Positions 39,309 through 48,730 of a stretch of DNA of 64,000 nt are shown here, in pieces. The stretch spans positions 4,672,001-4,736,000 of the forward strand of contig CBDETK010000013.1 in NCBI GenBank assembly GCA_965242865.1, in the 5' to 3' direction. A program made the translations under genes and the position numbers. The notes beneath the pieces were generated by a model. That model made no database searches and was not told the DNA's origin. It worked only from the letters and a program-made list of their open reading frames with translations. The first letter of the stretch is position 1; every line of letters begins with the position of its first letter. The stretch comes from Candidatus Latescibacterota bacterium (lineage in GTDB: Bacteria; Latescibacterota; UBA2968; UBA8231).

Positions 39309-39619
39309 GGCGGCTGGCGGGTATAGCGTGGGGCGCGGGCGCGGGCGGACGATGCGTTGGCGCGTGGCTTGCACGGTGCTGAACGGGGTAGCGAGGTAGG
39401 CTTGTATGGACCGTTCGGAACGCCCAAGCGCGGCGGCTATTTGCTTGGTGGATAGGCCGGCCCGTCTTAGGGCGTGGGCGCGGTAGGCGTGGGCGTTGGC
39501 TTGCTTGCCGCGGCGAGCGGAGCGGCGATTGCCCTTTGCTTTTTCCGTGAGCGGCCAACTGCGGCGCGGCGACTGCCGGCGGACGAAATCGCACGCCTGT
39601 TTGCCTAACGCCGGCTACC

Positions 39620-39649
39620 TTGACATCGGCGCGGCGCGCTAGCTACTTT
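39620..39649 (+). promoter_or_regulatory. Sigma70-like promoter of ADH-larA-like operon
   Basis: TTGACA-N18-TACTTT. Confidence 0.5.
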
Positions 39650-39667
39650 CCCTCCGGTATCGAGAGG

Positions 39668-40825
39668 ATGGCCATGCCCTTCCAAACCCACTTCGACTTT
39701 CGCCACCCTACCCGCATTGTCCACGGCCCCGGGTCCATCGCCTGCTTGGCGGATTGCTTTTCCCCGGCCGACACGGTCCTGATCGTCTCCGATCAGGTCT
39801 TGGGGGACCTCGGCGTCGTGGCAGCGGTCGCCGCGGCCCTCGGCACCATCCCGCATGCCGTCTATCTCAAAGACGGTGTGAGCGAGCCGACTCAAGAAGC
39901 GGTCGCCGCAGGAGTCCAACTCTACCAGCAAAAACGCTGCACCGCCCTTATTGGCCTCGGCGGCGGCTCCCCCATGGACGTAGCCAAAATGATCGGCGTG
40001 CTCGCGTCCAACGACGGCCGCATCACCCAGTACTTGGGCAACGACAAAGTCGCAAACGACCTGCCCTATCTCGCGTGCGTCCCCACCACCTACGGCACCG
40101 CCAGCGAAGTCACGCCCTTTGCCGTGCTAGACAATCCGGCCAGCGGCAACAAAGACCCGGTTATTAGCTGGAAAATCGCGCCCCAAATCGGCGTCCTCGA
40201 TCCCGACCTGTCGATGGCCCTGCCGGCCGCCATTGGCGCGGCTACGGGCATGGACGCCCTAACCCACGCGCTCGAATCCTATATCAATTTAGCGGCCACG
40301 CCCCTCACCGAAGGGCTCGCGCTCCACGCCATCCGCCTCATCGGCGCCAACCTGCGCTTGGCCTGCGCCAACGATTACGCGCTCGCCGCGACCGAAACCA
40401 TGCTCATCGCCAGTATGCTGGCGGGCGTCGCCTTTTCCCAGACGCGCCTCGGCAATGTCCACGCCATGTCCCATCCGGTCGGCGCCCACTACCACGTCCA
40501 TCACGGGCTGCTCAACGCCATCTTGCTGCCGCACGTCATGGAGTTCAACTGGCTCGCCTGCCCCGGCAAATTCGCCGCCATAGCCGAGGCCCTCGGCCAA
40601 CCCACCGCCGGGTTGAGCCCACGCCAAGCCGCGCAAGCGGCCATCGCCGCGGTGCGACACCTCAACGCCGACTTAGGCATCCCGGCCAAGCTAGGCGCGG
40701 TCGGCGTTGATGAGGCCCACATTCGCGCTATGGCGCAGATGGCCATGCAGAGCGGCAACATCGCCGTCAACCCGCGCAAAACCACCCAGCGCGATCTCGA
40801 ACTTTTATTTCAACAAGCCATTTAG
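39668..40825 (+). CDS. Iron-containing alcohol dehydrogenase
   Basis: GGGSPMD.AK, PTT.GT.SEVT, GMDALTHALE, HAMSH, HGL.NAI.LP. Confidence 0.93.
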   Translation: MAMPFQTHFDFRHPTRIVHGPGSIACLADCFSPADTVLIVSDQVLGDLGVVAAVAAALGTIPHAVYLKDGVSEPTQEAVAAGVQLYQQKRCTALIGLGGGSPMDVAKMIGVLASNDGRITQYLGNDKVANDLPYLACVPTTYGTASEVTPFAVLDNPASGNKDPVISWKIAPQIGVLDPDLSMALPAAIGAATGMDALTHALESYINLAATPLTEGLALHAIRLIGANLRLACANDYALAATETMLIASMLAGVAFSQTRLGNVHAMSHPVGAHYHVHHGLLNAILLPHVMEFNWLACPGKFAAIAEALGQPTAGLSPRQAAQAAIAAVRHLNADLGIPAKLGAVGVDEAHIRAMAQMAMQSGNIAVNPRKTTQRDLELLFQQAI

Positions 40826-40842
40826 CATTTAGGAGGTACACC

Positions 40843-42102
40843 ATGTCTCTGCCCCGCATGTTCCGCGTCCGCCAACTCTTTTCCGCGCCCACAGTCGAGG
40901 ACATCCCCGCGGCCGTGCGCACCGAGGTCCAGCGCCTCGACTTAGGTCCCAACGTCAACCCCGGCGAGACCATCGCCATCTCGGTCGGCAGCCGCGGCAT
41001 TGCCAACATCGCGCTGGTGATCAAAAGCCTCGTGGCCGAATTCAAGGCCCTCGGCCTCCAGCCCTTTCTCGTCCCGGCCATGGGCAGCCACGGCGGCGGC
41101 ATTGCCGAGGCGCAACAGGCCATTATCGAGGGCTACGGCGTCACCGAGGAATACACCGGCGCGCCCATTAAGGCGTCGATGGAAACCGTACAGGTGGGAG
41201 CGACCGAAGACGGCGTTCCCGTCTTTTTCGACCGCTACGCCTTTGAGGCAGACCACGTAGCCGTCGTCGGTCGCGTCAAGCCGCACACCGACTTTGTCGG
41301 CGAAATCGAGAGCGGCCTGCACAAGATGATGCTCATCGGCTTGGGCAAGCACAAAGGCGCGGCCCTGTACCACCAAGCCATTGTCCACTACAGCTTCGAC
41401 CGCATCGTCCGCTCGGTCGGCCAAACCGTCATCGACCAGTGCGGCGTGCTCATGGGGCTGGCCCTCGTCGAAAACCAGTACGACCAAACCGCGCTCATCC
41501 GGGGCGTGGGGGCCGACGAGTTCGTGGAGCGCGAAAAGGAATTGCTCGTCCTCGCCAAGCAATGGATGCCGCGCCTGCCCTTCGACGAAGTCGATCTGCT
41601 CATCGTCGATGCAATCGGCAAAAACATCTCCGGCGCTGGCATGGACACCAACGTCGTTGGCCGCAAGTTCCACGACAACCACGCGGCCGACAAGGAGTAC
41701 CCCAAAGTAACCCGCATCCTAGTCCGCAGCCTGACCGAGGAGACCCACGGCAACGCCTCGGGCATTGGCACGGCCGAATACGCGCACCAGCGCGCCGTCG
41801 AGCAGATGGACCGCGAGATTACGTACATCAACTGCATGACCGGCAATCACCCTTCGGGCGCCCACATTCCGCTCTACTTCGACACCGATCGCATCTGCAT
41901 TGAAAAGGCCCTAGAGACCATTGGCCTAGTCGAGCCTGAAAACGCCAAGGTCCTGCGCATCCACAACACCCTCGCGCTCGGCGAGTTGCTCGTCTCAGAA
42001 GCCTATCGCTCCGAACTCGAGCCGCGCGAGGACTTGGAAATCATCGCCGAGGCCGAAGAAATGACCTTCGACGCCAACGGCGACCTGCCGCTTACCTTCT
42101 AG
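40843..42102 (+). CDS. Lactate racemase (LarA-like N-terminal) domain protein
   Basis: GSRGIANI, VPAMGSHGG, RVKPHTDF, GLGK..GA, GKNISG.GMD.NV.GR. Confidence 0.8.
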   Translation: MSLPRMFRVRQLFSAPTVEDIPAAVRTEVQRLDLGPNVNPGETIAISVGSRGIANIALVIKSLVAEFKALGLQPFLVPAMGSHGGGIAEAQQAIIEGYGVTEEYTGAPIKASMETVQVGATEDGVPVFFDRYAFEADHVAVVGRVKPHTDFVGEIESGLHKMMLIGLGKHKGAALYHQAIVHYSFDRIVRSVGQTVIDQCGVLMGLALVENQYDQTALIRGVGADEFVEREKELLVLAKQWMPRLPFDEVDLLIVDAIGKNISGAGMDTNVVGRKFHDNHAADKEYPKVTRILVRSLTEETHGNASGIGTAEYAHQRAVEQMDREITYINCMTGNHPSGAHIPLYFDTDRICIEKALETIGLVEPENAKVLRIHNTLALGELLVSEAYRSELEPREDLEIIAEAEEMTFDANGDLPLTF

Positions 42103-42104
42103 CG

Positions 42105-42221
42105 ATAGCTGTCCTAAATGACTTGCAAGCATGGAATGTTCATCGACGCCGTCTTTTTTCTTAATGAAGCGTCATTCCCGCGAACGCGGGAATCCAGTCT
42201 TGAACGATGTAGGACTGCTAT
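42105..42221. mobile_element. MITE-like element (~117 bp) with internal ATTCCC-N8-GGGAAT hairpin
   Basis: Terminal IR atagctgtcctaaat / atgtaggactgctat (13/15 match); hairpin at 42174-42193. Confidence 0.55.
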
Positions 42222-42224
42222 AGC

Positions 42225-43130
42225 ATGACCCAAAAATCGCGCGGCGTGTCCCCCATTTTCTTGGACGAGCCGCCGCGTTCAGCGCCCCCCGGCTATACGC
42301 GCCGTCGCATCGTATTCGGCTGGTACGGCGGGAAGTTCTCGCACCTCGACTGGCTGCTGCCCCGGCTGCCGACGTGTCATCACTACTGCGAGCCGTTTGC
42401 CGGTTCTGGGGCCGTGCTCATCAACCGCGCACCCGCGCCGGTCGAGACCTATAACGATCTCGACGGCGAGGTAGTGAACTTCTTTCGGGTGCTGCGCGAC
42501 CAGCACCAAGCCCTGATCCGCGCCATCGCCCTGACGCCGTTTTCACGCGAAGAATACTACTACGCCATCTACGGCGGCACAGAGGACGTCACCGACCTAG
42601 AACGCGCCCGACGGTTTTACATCCGGGCGCGGCAGACCCGCACCGGGCTAGCGCAAACGGCCTCCCTCGGCCGGTGGGCCAACTGCAAGAATACGAGCCG
42701 CGCTGGCATGTCGGGCGTGGTCTCGCGCTGGTTGGGAGGCGTAGATGCGCTCGCCGAGATTGCCCAGCGTCTGCTCCGCGTTCAGATTGAAAACCGACCC
42801 GCGGTCGATGTGATTCAACTCTACGACAGCCCCAAAACCCTGTTCTACTGCGACCCGCCCTACCTACACGCCACCCGGGGCGACGCCAAAGCGTACGGCT
42901 TTGAAATGGACGAGGACGAGCACCGCACGTTGGCGGAAGCCGTCAATACGTGCGCGGGCAAGGTGGCCGTGTCCGGCTACGCTCATCCCTTAATGGACGA
43001 GCTATTCCCTCCCAACCGCTGGTTCAAGACAGAAGGACCAGATAAGACCATCCATTCCACCAAGGGCAGCCGACGAGAAGTGCTGTGGACCAACTACGAG
43101 CCGACAGTAGCGGCTGAAAGCGACGAGTGA
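42225..43130 (+). CDS. DNA adenine methyltransferase (D12/Dam-like), apparently orphan
   Basis: WYGGK, EPFAGSGAV, YND, FYCDPPY, EVLWTNY. Confidence 0.92.
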   Translation: MTQKSRGVSPIFLDEPPRSAPPGYTRRRIVFGWYGGKFSHLDWLLPRLPTCHHYCEPFAGSGAVLINRAPAPVETYNDLDGEVVNFFRVLRDQHQALIRAIALTPFSREEYYYAIYGGTEDVTDLERARRFYIRARQTRTGLAQTASLGRWANCKNTSRAGMSGVVSRWLGGVDALAEIAQRLLRVQIENRPAVDVIQLYDSPKTLFYCDPPYLHATRGDAKAYGFEMDEDEHRTLAEAVNTCAGKVAVSGYAHPLMDELFPPNRWFKTEGPDKTIHSTKGSRREVLWTNYEPTVAAESDE

Positions 43131-43146
43131 GCCGCTAGGACCTATC

Positions 43147-43486
43147 ATGCGCTTCTTTTGCACCGCCGGCCCTGTCCGCAGCCAAAATCACTACTGTTTG
43201 CCGCCGCTGACGCGCTTGGCACTCAGCGAGGTGTTGGCGCTTATAGATCAACAGCAGTACTTCGTGCTACACGCGCCGCGGCAGACCGGAAAGACTACTT
43301 GCCTGCTCGCCCTGACGGAACATCTCAATCGCGCCGGAAAGTACCACGCGCTCTATGGATCTATGCGCGACCGACGAAGGACATTTGCTCATTTTTGACC
43401 GCGACGCGAACAAGACGTGGTCGGAGAAAGTATTCCGGCGCACCCAACCCTGTCGCGGTGCCATCATAACCATCTGGGGAATGTGA
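43147..43486 (+). pseudogene. Internally deleted AAA-like P-loop ATPase (only N- and C-terminal ends remain)
   Basis: MRFF.TAGP...HAPRQTGKTT N-terminus joined out of frame to MDLCATDEGHLLIFDR...WSEKVF...ITIWGM*. Confidence 0.7.
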
Positions 43487-43530
43487 AACTAATAGTTCGT
43501 TTAATTCCCTGTCGATGTGCCGAGCACCAC

Positions 43531-45435
43531 TCACCCGTGAAAATAAGCGTGTCCCTCGCCCATAAACCAGCCGATATCCACCAAATACGACAACCCAATC
43601 CCCAAGAAGTACCCAGCGATCAACCCCATAAAAAACGGCCGCGCCTGCCGGTACGCGGCCAAGCCCCCATAGCGCATAATCGCGCTCTTGGCCACCCACG
43701 CCAGCAAGACCGAAAACGCGATGAGGCGGGTCATCCACAGCGGGGCGACCGCAATGCCCACCGGATGCAGCGGCCACCAGTGGAAGCGATACTGGAGGAA
43801 GGCCAAAATTGAATAGACCCCCATGCCGATGCCAAAGTAGGACAGCTTGTTCCAGTCGGTCGGCCAAGGATCGTTGAAGTGCCGGATCACCCCGTTGTAC
43901 GCCATGCCGCCCGCACCACCGCCGGCGATAAAATACCAAGAGCCGAAATTGCCCGCGCCGTATTGGTAGCACAGCGAGAGGACGAAGTACAGACACGTGG
44001 TAAAGCCCACGACAGCGGCCAAGCCCAGTGCCCAAGCCATTGACCGGCGCACCCGGTACAGCTCGCCGAGCCGCGCGCCGTGCGCCGCGGCCGGCATAAA
44101 GAGCGATTGCACATCCCCGAACCAAGTGTAGGAAATCCCCAGCGCGACCAAATTGTGCCCGCCGATTCCGGTGCCGGTTATGGCCAGCGCAAAAGCCTGA
44201 GCACCCACGGGCGGCGTCAAAAAATAGACCCCGGCCTGCACCACCAGCCGCGTGATGCCGTAGTAGGCGACCAACACGCCAAACACAAAGAGCGCGGCGA
44301 TGTGGAGATCCATCCCAGACCGCCACAGCCAGCCGAGGATGTAAGCCAACGCGGCCATGAAGCCGCAAACCGCCGTGCGATAGGAAACCATTTCCCCGCG
44401 GTCGTCTATAGTCGGCCGGCCCCACAGCGCTTGGCGCACGACCGCCCGCAAATGGCCCCGCGCCATCCACAAGCTCCACAACACCATCGCCGTAAATCCG
44501 CCCCAAGCCTGCCAAGAAAGCGACTGCATCCCCCAGACAAAGGCGTCGGGCCGGGTCACATCGTAGCCGATGCGGTTGGTAATGCCCTCTTGCAAGACGG
44601 CTACCAAGTAAAAGAACACGATGCTGAACGAGACGCTGGTGCTGACCAAGTACATAAACCCGATCACCGGGAAGTAGAGCATGAAACTGATGGTGGGAAA
44701 TTCCCGGCTCAGTTGCAGGTTGACGGCGTGGTTGAAGTTGATTTTGGGAAAGCCGAGGTAGAACGAGCCAATGATGTTGAAGAGGATCATGCCGAGTGGA
44801 ATGGCCGCGCCGATCCAAAACCCCTTGCAGCGCACCATCGCCCGCCCGCCGTCGTCGATCAGCAGGCGCGGCATCTCCATCAGGGGAAAGACTAAGCGCT
44901 CGTTTTCGACCCACTGGCGGCGAAAGATCACCACCAAGCAGAAGCAGGCAAAGTACAAGGCTAGGATCAGGCTCAACAGCCAAAACAGCGGCCCGATCCA
45001 GACCTCCAACGGCAGGGCTTGGCCTTGGGGCAGCCCTTCGTAAAACCAGCGTATGGCGTCGCCGTCATCGCGCGGCACAACCCAATCGGGCAGGTAGGGA
45101 TGAATGTTGCCGGCCCAATCGTTTTCCGGGGTGGCACCGTAGTAGGGCGACGAAATGATCGCCAGCAAGGTGCCGACGATAAAGGTCGGAATCCCGGTCG
45201 CGGCCAAGCCCATGATCACCAGGGTCGCCAGCTCGGCCGGCCGCAACGCCCACGCCGGCCGCAGCCAGCGCACCAGCGCATTGGCCAGCAGAATCACCAC
45301 AAAGCAAAAGCCGGCGCTCGTGGGAAAGTACGACCAAGTAATCTCCGAAGAGCGCACCATCCAAATCGAATAGGGCGCGCCCGTCACAATGGCCATCACG
45401 ACCCCAATCCCCAGCACGGCCGAGCGCAACGTCAC
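43531..45435 (-). CDS. DUF6785/DUF6784-like polytopic membrane protein (OPT-related putative transporter)
   Basis: IFRRQWVENERLVFP, WWPLHP.G, K..I.RYGG...Y....PFF.GLI.G motifs; many TM helices. Confidence 0.7.
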   Translation of the reverse strand: MTLRSAVLGIGVVMAIVTGAPYSIWMVRSSEITWSYFPTSAGFCFVVILLANALVRWLRPAWALRPAELATLVIMGLAATGIPTFIVGTLLAIISSPYYGATPENDWAGNIHPYLPDWVVPRDDGDAIRWFYEGLPQGQALPLEVWIGPLFWLLSLILALYFACFCLVVIFRRQWVENERLVFPLMEMPRLLIDDGGRAMVRCKGFWIGAAIPLGMILFNIIGSFYLGFPKINFNHAVNLQLSREFPTISFMLYFPVIGFMYLVSTSVSFSIVFFYLVAVLQEGITNRIGYDVTRPDAFVWGMQSLSWQAWGGFTAMVLWSLWMARGHLRAVVRQALWGRPTIDDRGEMVSYRTAVCGFMAALAYILGWLWRSGMDLHIAALFVFGVLVAYYGITRLVVQAGVYFLTPPVGAQAFALAITGTGIGGHNLVALGISYTWFGDVQSLFMPAAAHGARLGELYRVRRSMAWALGLAAVVGFTTCLYFVLSLCYQYGAGNFGSWYFIAGGGAGGMAYNGVIRHFNDPWPTDWNKLSYFGIGMGVYSILAFLQYRFHWWPLHPVGIAVAPLWMTRLIAFSVLLAWVAKSAIMRYGGLAAYRQARPFFMGLIAGYFLGIGLSYLVDIGWFMGEGHAYFHG

Positions 45436-45501
45436 GGTTTATCGCTCCTGTGCAAATCGTTCATTTTTTTATTTATATTTATTAACGCAAACGCACTGAC
45501 T

Positions 45502-46671
45502 ATGTACAACAACCGCCTCTTGCCCCTCATCCTCGTCCTGCTGCTGACGGCCTGCTCCACGAGCACCGGCCCGGCTAGTCCCCCAGCCCGCTGTGCGGAC
45601 GCGCCCGGCACCATCTGCACTTGGGCCGGTACGGGCGAAGCCGGCTTCAATGGCGACGGTCAGCCGCGGCTGGCCTCCACCTTGTACTGGCCCGTCGATA
45701 TAACCTTTGCTCCCTCGGGTCAGACTTACCTCCTCGACTGGAACAACCACCGCGTGCGCCGCGTGACCGAGGAGGGCACCCTCGTCACCGTCATCGGCAC
45801 GGACTTCGTCGGCGATGGCCCCTACGATGAATCCGACCGAGTGCCCCCGGGCGCGCCCGGCACCGAAGTCCACCTCAACCACCCGACCCACCTCCTACCG
45901 CTGGCCGACGGTACGCTGCTGCTGACGGCTTGGCACAACCACAAGCTGCGCCTCTACGACCCGCAGACCGGGCTCGTCCAAGTGATATGCGGCGCGGGGC
46001 CGGGGTTTGCCGGCGACGGCGGACCGGCCCGCGACGCGCTCTTGAGCCAGCCGCCGCAGACGGTCCTAGGCCCCGACGGCGGGCTGTACATCCTCGACCA
46101 GCGCAATCAACGGGTGCGTACAATAGACCGCGACGGCATTATCACGACCGTCGTCGGCACGGGCGAGGCCGGGTTTGCCGGCGATGGCGGCCGCCCGCTC
46201 CACGCCGAGTTGCAGTTCCCGGCCGGGTCCAACCCGCCGCCGGCCGGGAGCTTGGCCTTTGACGCGCAGGGCCGGCTTTACATCGCCGACGCCCTCAACC
46301 ACCGCATCCGCCGCGTTGACTTTGCCCGCGACCAAATCGAAACGGTGGCCGGCACGGGCGCGGCGGATTTTTTCGGCGACGGCGGCCCGGCCCGCAGCGC
46401 GGCTTTGAACAACCCGCGCGACTTGGCTTTTGGCCCGGATGGCCGGCTTTACATCGCCGACGAATTCAACCACCGCGTCCGCGCCCTGGAGTTGGCGACC
46501 GGCATCATTGAGACGGTGGTCGGCAGCGGCGAGCAGGGCTTTTCCGGCGATGGCGGCCCGGCCCTCGCCGCAGCCCTCAACCGACCGGCCGGACTCGATT
46601 TCGACCCCGAGGGGCGGCTCTATATTGCGGACGCATACAATCACCGCATCCGCCGCGTCGTCTTGCCATGA
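45502..46671 (+). CDS. NHL-repeat (teneurin-like) beta-propeller lipoprotein
   Basis: LTAC lipobox; repeated G.G..GF.GDGGPA, LYIAD..NHRIR. Confidence 0.88.
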   Translation: MYNNRLLPLILVLLLTACSTSTGPASPPARCADAPGTICTWAGTGEAGFNGDGQPRLASTLYWPVDITFAPSGQTYLLDWNNHRVRRVTEEGTLVTVIGTDFVGDGPYDESDRVPPGAPGTEVHLNHPTHLLPLADGTLLLTAWHNHKLRLYDPQTGLVQVICGAGPGFAGDGGPARDALLSQPPQTVLGPDGGLYILDQRNQRVRTIDRDGIITTVVGTGEAGFAGDGGRPLHAELQFPAGSNPPPAGSLAFDAQGRLYIADALNHRIRRVDFARDQIETVAGTGAADFFGDGGPARSAALNNPRDLAFGPDGRLYIADEFNHRVRALELATGIIETVVGSGEQGFSGDGGPALAAALNRPAGLDFDPEGRLYIADAYNHRIRRVVLP

Positions 46672-47789
46672 TTTACGCTGCGTTCTTGCTCATCGCCCTG
46701 TTGGCCTGCGGGGAAACGCCCACCGGCCCGAGCGGCCCCTACGGACGCATCGAACCCTTTGCCGGCACCGGCGACGCTGGCAAAGGCCCGGAAGAAGCGA
46801 CCCGGCGGCAAGCGCACTTCTACCTGCCGCAAGACCTGACCTACGGCCCCGACGGGCGGCTCTACATCCTCGACTGGAACAACCACCGCGTCCGCGTGGT
46901 CGCCGAGGGGCGCGTCACCACCTTGATCGGCACCGGCGAACTCGGCGACGCCCCGGCCGGCCGGGCGCGTGAAATTGGCCTCAACCACCCGACGCACATC
47001 TCCTTTGACCCGCTCGGCCGCCTGATCCTCTCGGCTTGGCACAATTCGCTCATCCTGCGCTACGACTTTGCCACCGACTACGTCGAGCCGATCTGCGGCA
47101 CGGGCGAGCGTTCCTACGGCGGCGACGGCGGCCCGGCCGCTCGGGCGCAGGTCAACTTGCCGAGCGCGACCGCCTTTGACCCGCTCGGCCGCCTGTACAT
47201 CTCCGATCAGGAAAACCAGCGCGTCCGCATGATCGACCTCGACGGCACGATCTCCACGGTCGTCGGCACGGGCGAGGCCGGGTTTGCCGGCGACGGCGGC
47301 CCGGCCACCGCGGCCCGGATCTGGGCGCCCGTGAGCCAAGCCGCACCGCCCACCAGCCGCATCGCCATCGACGATTTGGGGCACCTCTACCTCGCCGATA
47401 CCTTCAACAACCGCATCCGCAAGGTCGATGCCGCGACCGGCATCATCACCACCATTGCCGGCAACGGGGACAACCGCCCGGCGTCGAGCAGCGAAGAAGA
47501 CGGGGCCGACGCGCTGGCGGCTTTTCTGTACTGGCCCTGCGACGTGGCCATTGACTCGGCGGGCCGCGTGTTCGTGGCCGACACCTTTAACCACTGCGTG
47601 CGCCGCATTGAACTCGACGGCACGATCGCTACGGTGGCCGGTCAGTGCGGCAAATCCGGCGACCGCGGCGACGGCGGCCCGCCCCAGTCCGCCCTGCTCA
47701 ACCGCCCCTACGGCATTGAACTCGACCCGGACGACAACCTCTACATCGCCGATACGCGCAATCACCGCATCCGCCTAGTGCGAAAGTGA
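46668..47789 (+). CDS. NHL-repeat beta-propeller lipoprotein (tandem paralog)
   Basis: LLAC lipobox; same motifs (LDWNNHRVR, LNHPTH, AWHN). Confidence 0.88.
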   Translation: MIYAAFLLIALLACGETPTGPSGPYGRIEPFAGTGDAGKGPEEATRRQAHFYLPQDLTYGPDGRLYILDWNNHRVRVVAEGRVTTLIGTGELGDAPAGRAREIGLNHPTHISFDPLGRLILSAWHNSLILRYDFATDYVEPICGTGERSYGGDGGPAARAQVNLPSATAFDPLGRLYISDQENQRVRMIDLDGTISTVVGTGEAGFAGDGGPATAARIWAPVSQAAPPTSRIAIDDLGHLYLADTFNNRIRKVDAATGIITTIAGNGDNRPASSSEEDGADALAAFLYWPCDVAIDSAGRVFVADTFNHCVRRIELDGTIATVAGQCGKSGDRGDGGPPQSALLNRPYGIELDPDDNLYIADTRNHRIRLVRK

Positions 47790-47922
47790 GAAGCGGTCTG
47801 AAAACCACCTTGAGGCGTGTTGAACAGGCAGTAAGACGGTCGCTGTCCTTCCCGCGAAAGCGGGAATCCAGCCGATAGCGTTTAGACGCAAGGGACTATC
47901 TCCAGAGTGTTCAGACAGCCTC
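47790..47922. mobile_element. MITE-like element with TTCCCGC-GAAA-GCGGGAA hairpin
   Basis: Right end tgttcagacagcctc is an imperfect IR of gaggcgtgttgaaca (47812) and gaagcggtctgaaaa (47790); hairpin at ~47849-47867. Confidence 0.45.
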
Positions 47923-47941
47923 TGAAATTAGGGGCTGACCG

Positions 47942-48730
47942 CTAATCGCCCAGATTGCCCTCAACGATGGCCGCCCCGGCAAACCCCTCCGCGGCCAGCC
48001 GCTCGGCAAACGCCTGCACCGCAGCTTGGGGCAGGCGTGCGTTGTTGCTGATGATCAAATCGGCCCCCACGTAGCGGACGCCGCGCAACCCAGCGAGGCT
48101 TTGCAACGCGCCGTTGCCGCTGACTTCCAAAAAATCCCGCACCCGCGCTAGGTAGTGCAGGCCCTCTAGGCTTTGCAGCGCGTCGTTGAACCAGATATCT
48201 ACGCTGCCTTCGATCGCCACCAAGTGCGACAGGTCCGTCAGCGACGTCAGTGCCTCATTGCGGACGAGCGCCAAGCCCCCGCGGACAAAAGCCAAGTTCT
48301 CCAGCCCTTGGAGCGAGCGCAGGGCCTTGTTTTCAAAGATCAACAGCCCTTCCACCACGTGCGCGGCTTTCCCGGCTGCGACCGCCGGCACCGGGCCGAG
48401 CCCCGCCCCGACGCTTTCGAGCCCTTCCAGCCCGGCGAGGCTTTCCAAGCGGTCGTTATACCAAATCTCAACGCTGCCCTCGACGCGCCGCAGCCCTTCC
48501 AAGCCCGTCAGCGTGGCCAAGTTGGTCCCGGCGATCTGCAAGTCGCCGTCAATTATATACGCAGCCCCTCCTCTTGCTTGAAGGGCCGCTATATCGGCCA
48601 GCGATTCGATGACCACGCCCTCTGTTAAGGTGACCGTGACCGGCACTACGGGGTCTTTGCCGCAGCCGACCAGCGCGACGAGCACCGGCCCGATCGCCCG
48701 CTCAAAAATCCCGCGCACACCGGAATCCAA
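47942..48730 (-). CDS. Receptor L-domain/LRR-like lipoprotein
   Basis: LVGC lipobox; repeats L.I..N..L.SL.GL..L..V.G. Confidence 0.8.
   Translation of the reverse strand: MDSGVRGIFERAIGPVLVALVGCGKDPVVPVTVTLTEGVVIESLADIAALQARGGAAYIIDGDLQIAGTNLATLTGLEGLRRVEGSVEIWYNDRLESLAGLEGLESVGAGLGPVPAVAAGKAAHVVEGLLIFENKALRSLQGLENLAFVRGGLALVRNEALTSLTDLSHLVAIEGSVDIWFNDALQSLEGLHYLARVRDFLEVSGNGALQSLAGLRGVRYVGADLIISNNARLPQAAVQAFAERLAAEGFAGAAIVEGNLGD

Noticed and set aside
43361-44983. Long alternative-frame and antisense ORFs (also 5828-7381, 8883-10085, 46641-47765)
   Set aside because: Arg/Gly/Pro-rich shadow ORFs expected in high-GC DNA, overlapping well-supported genes.
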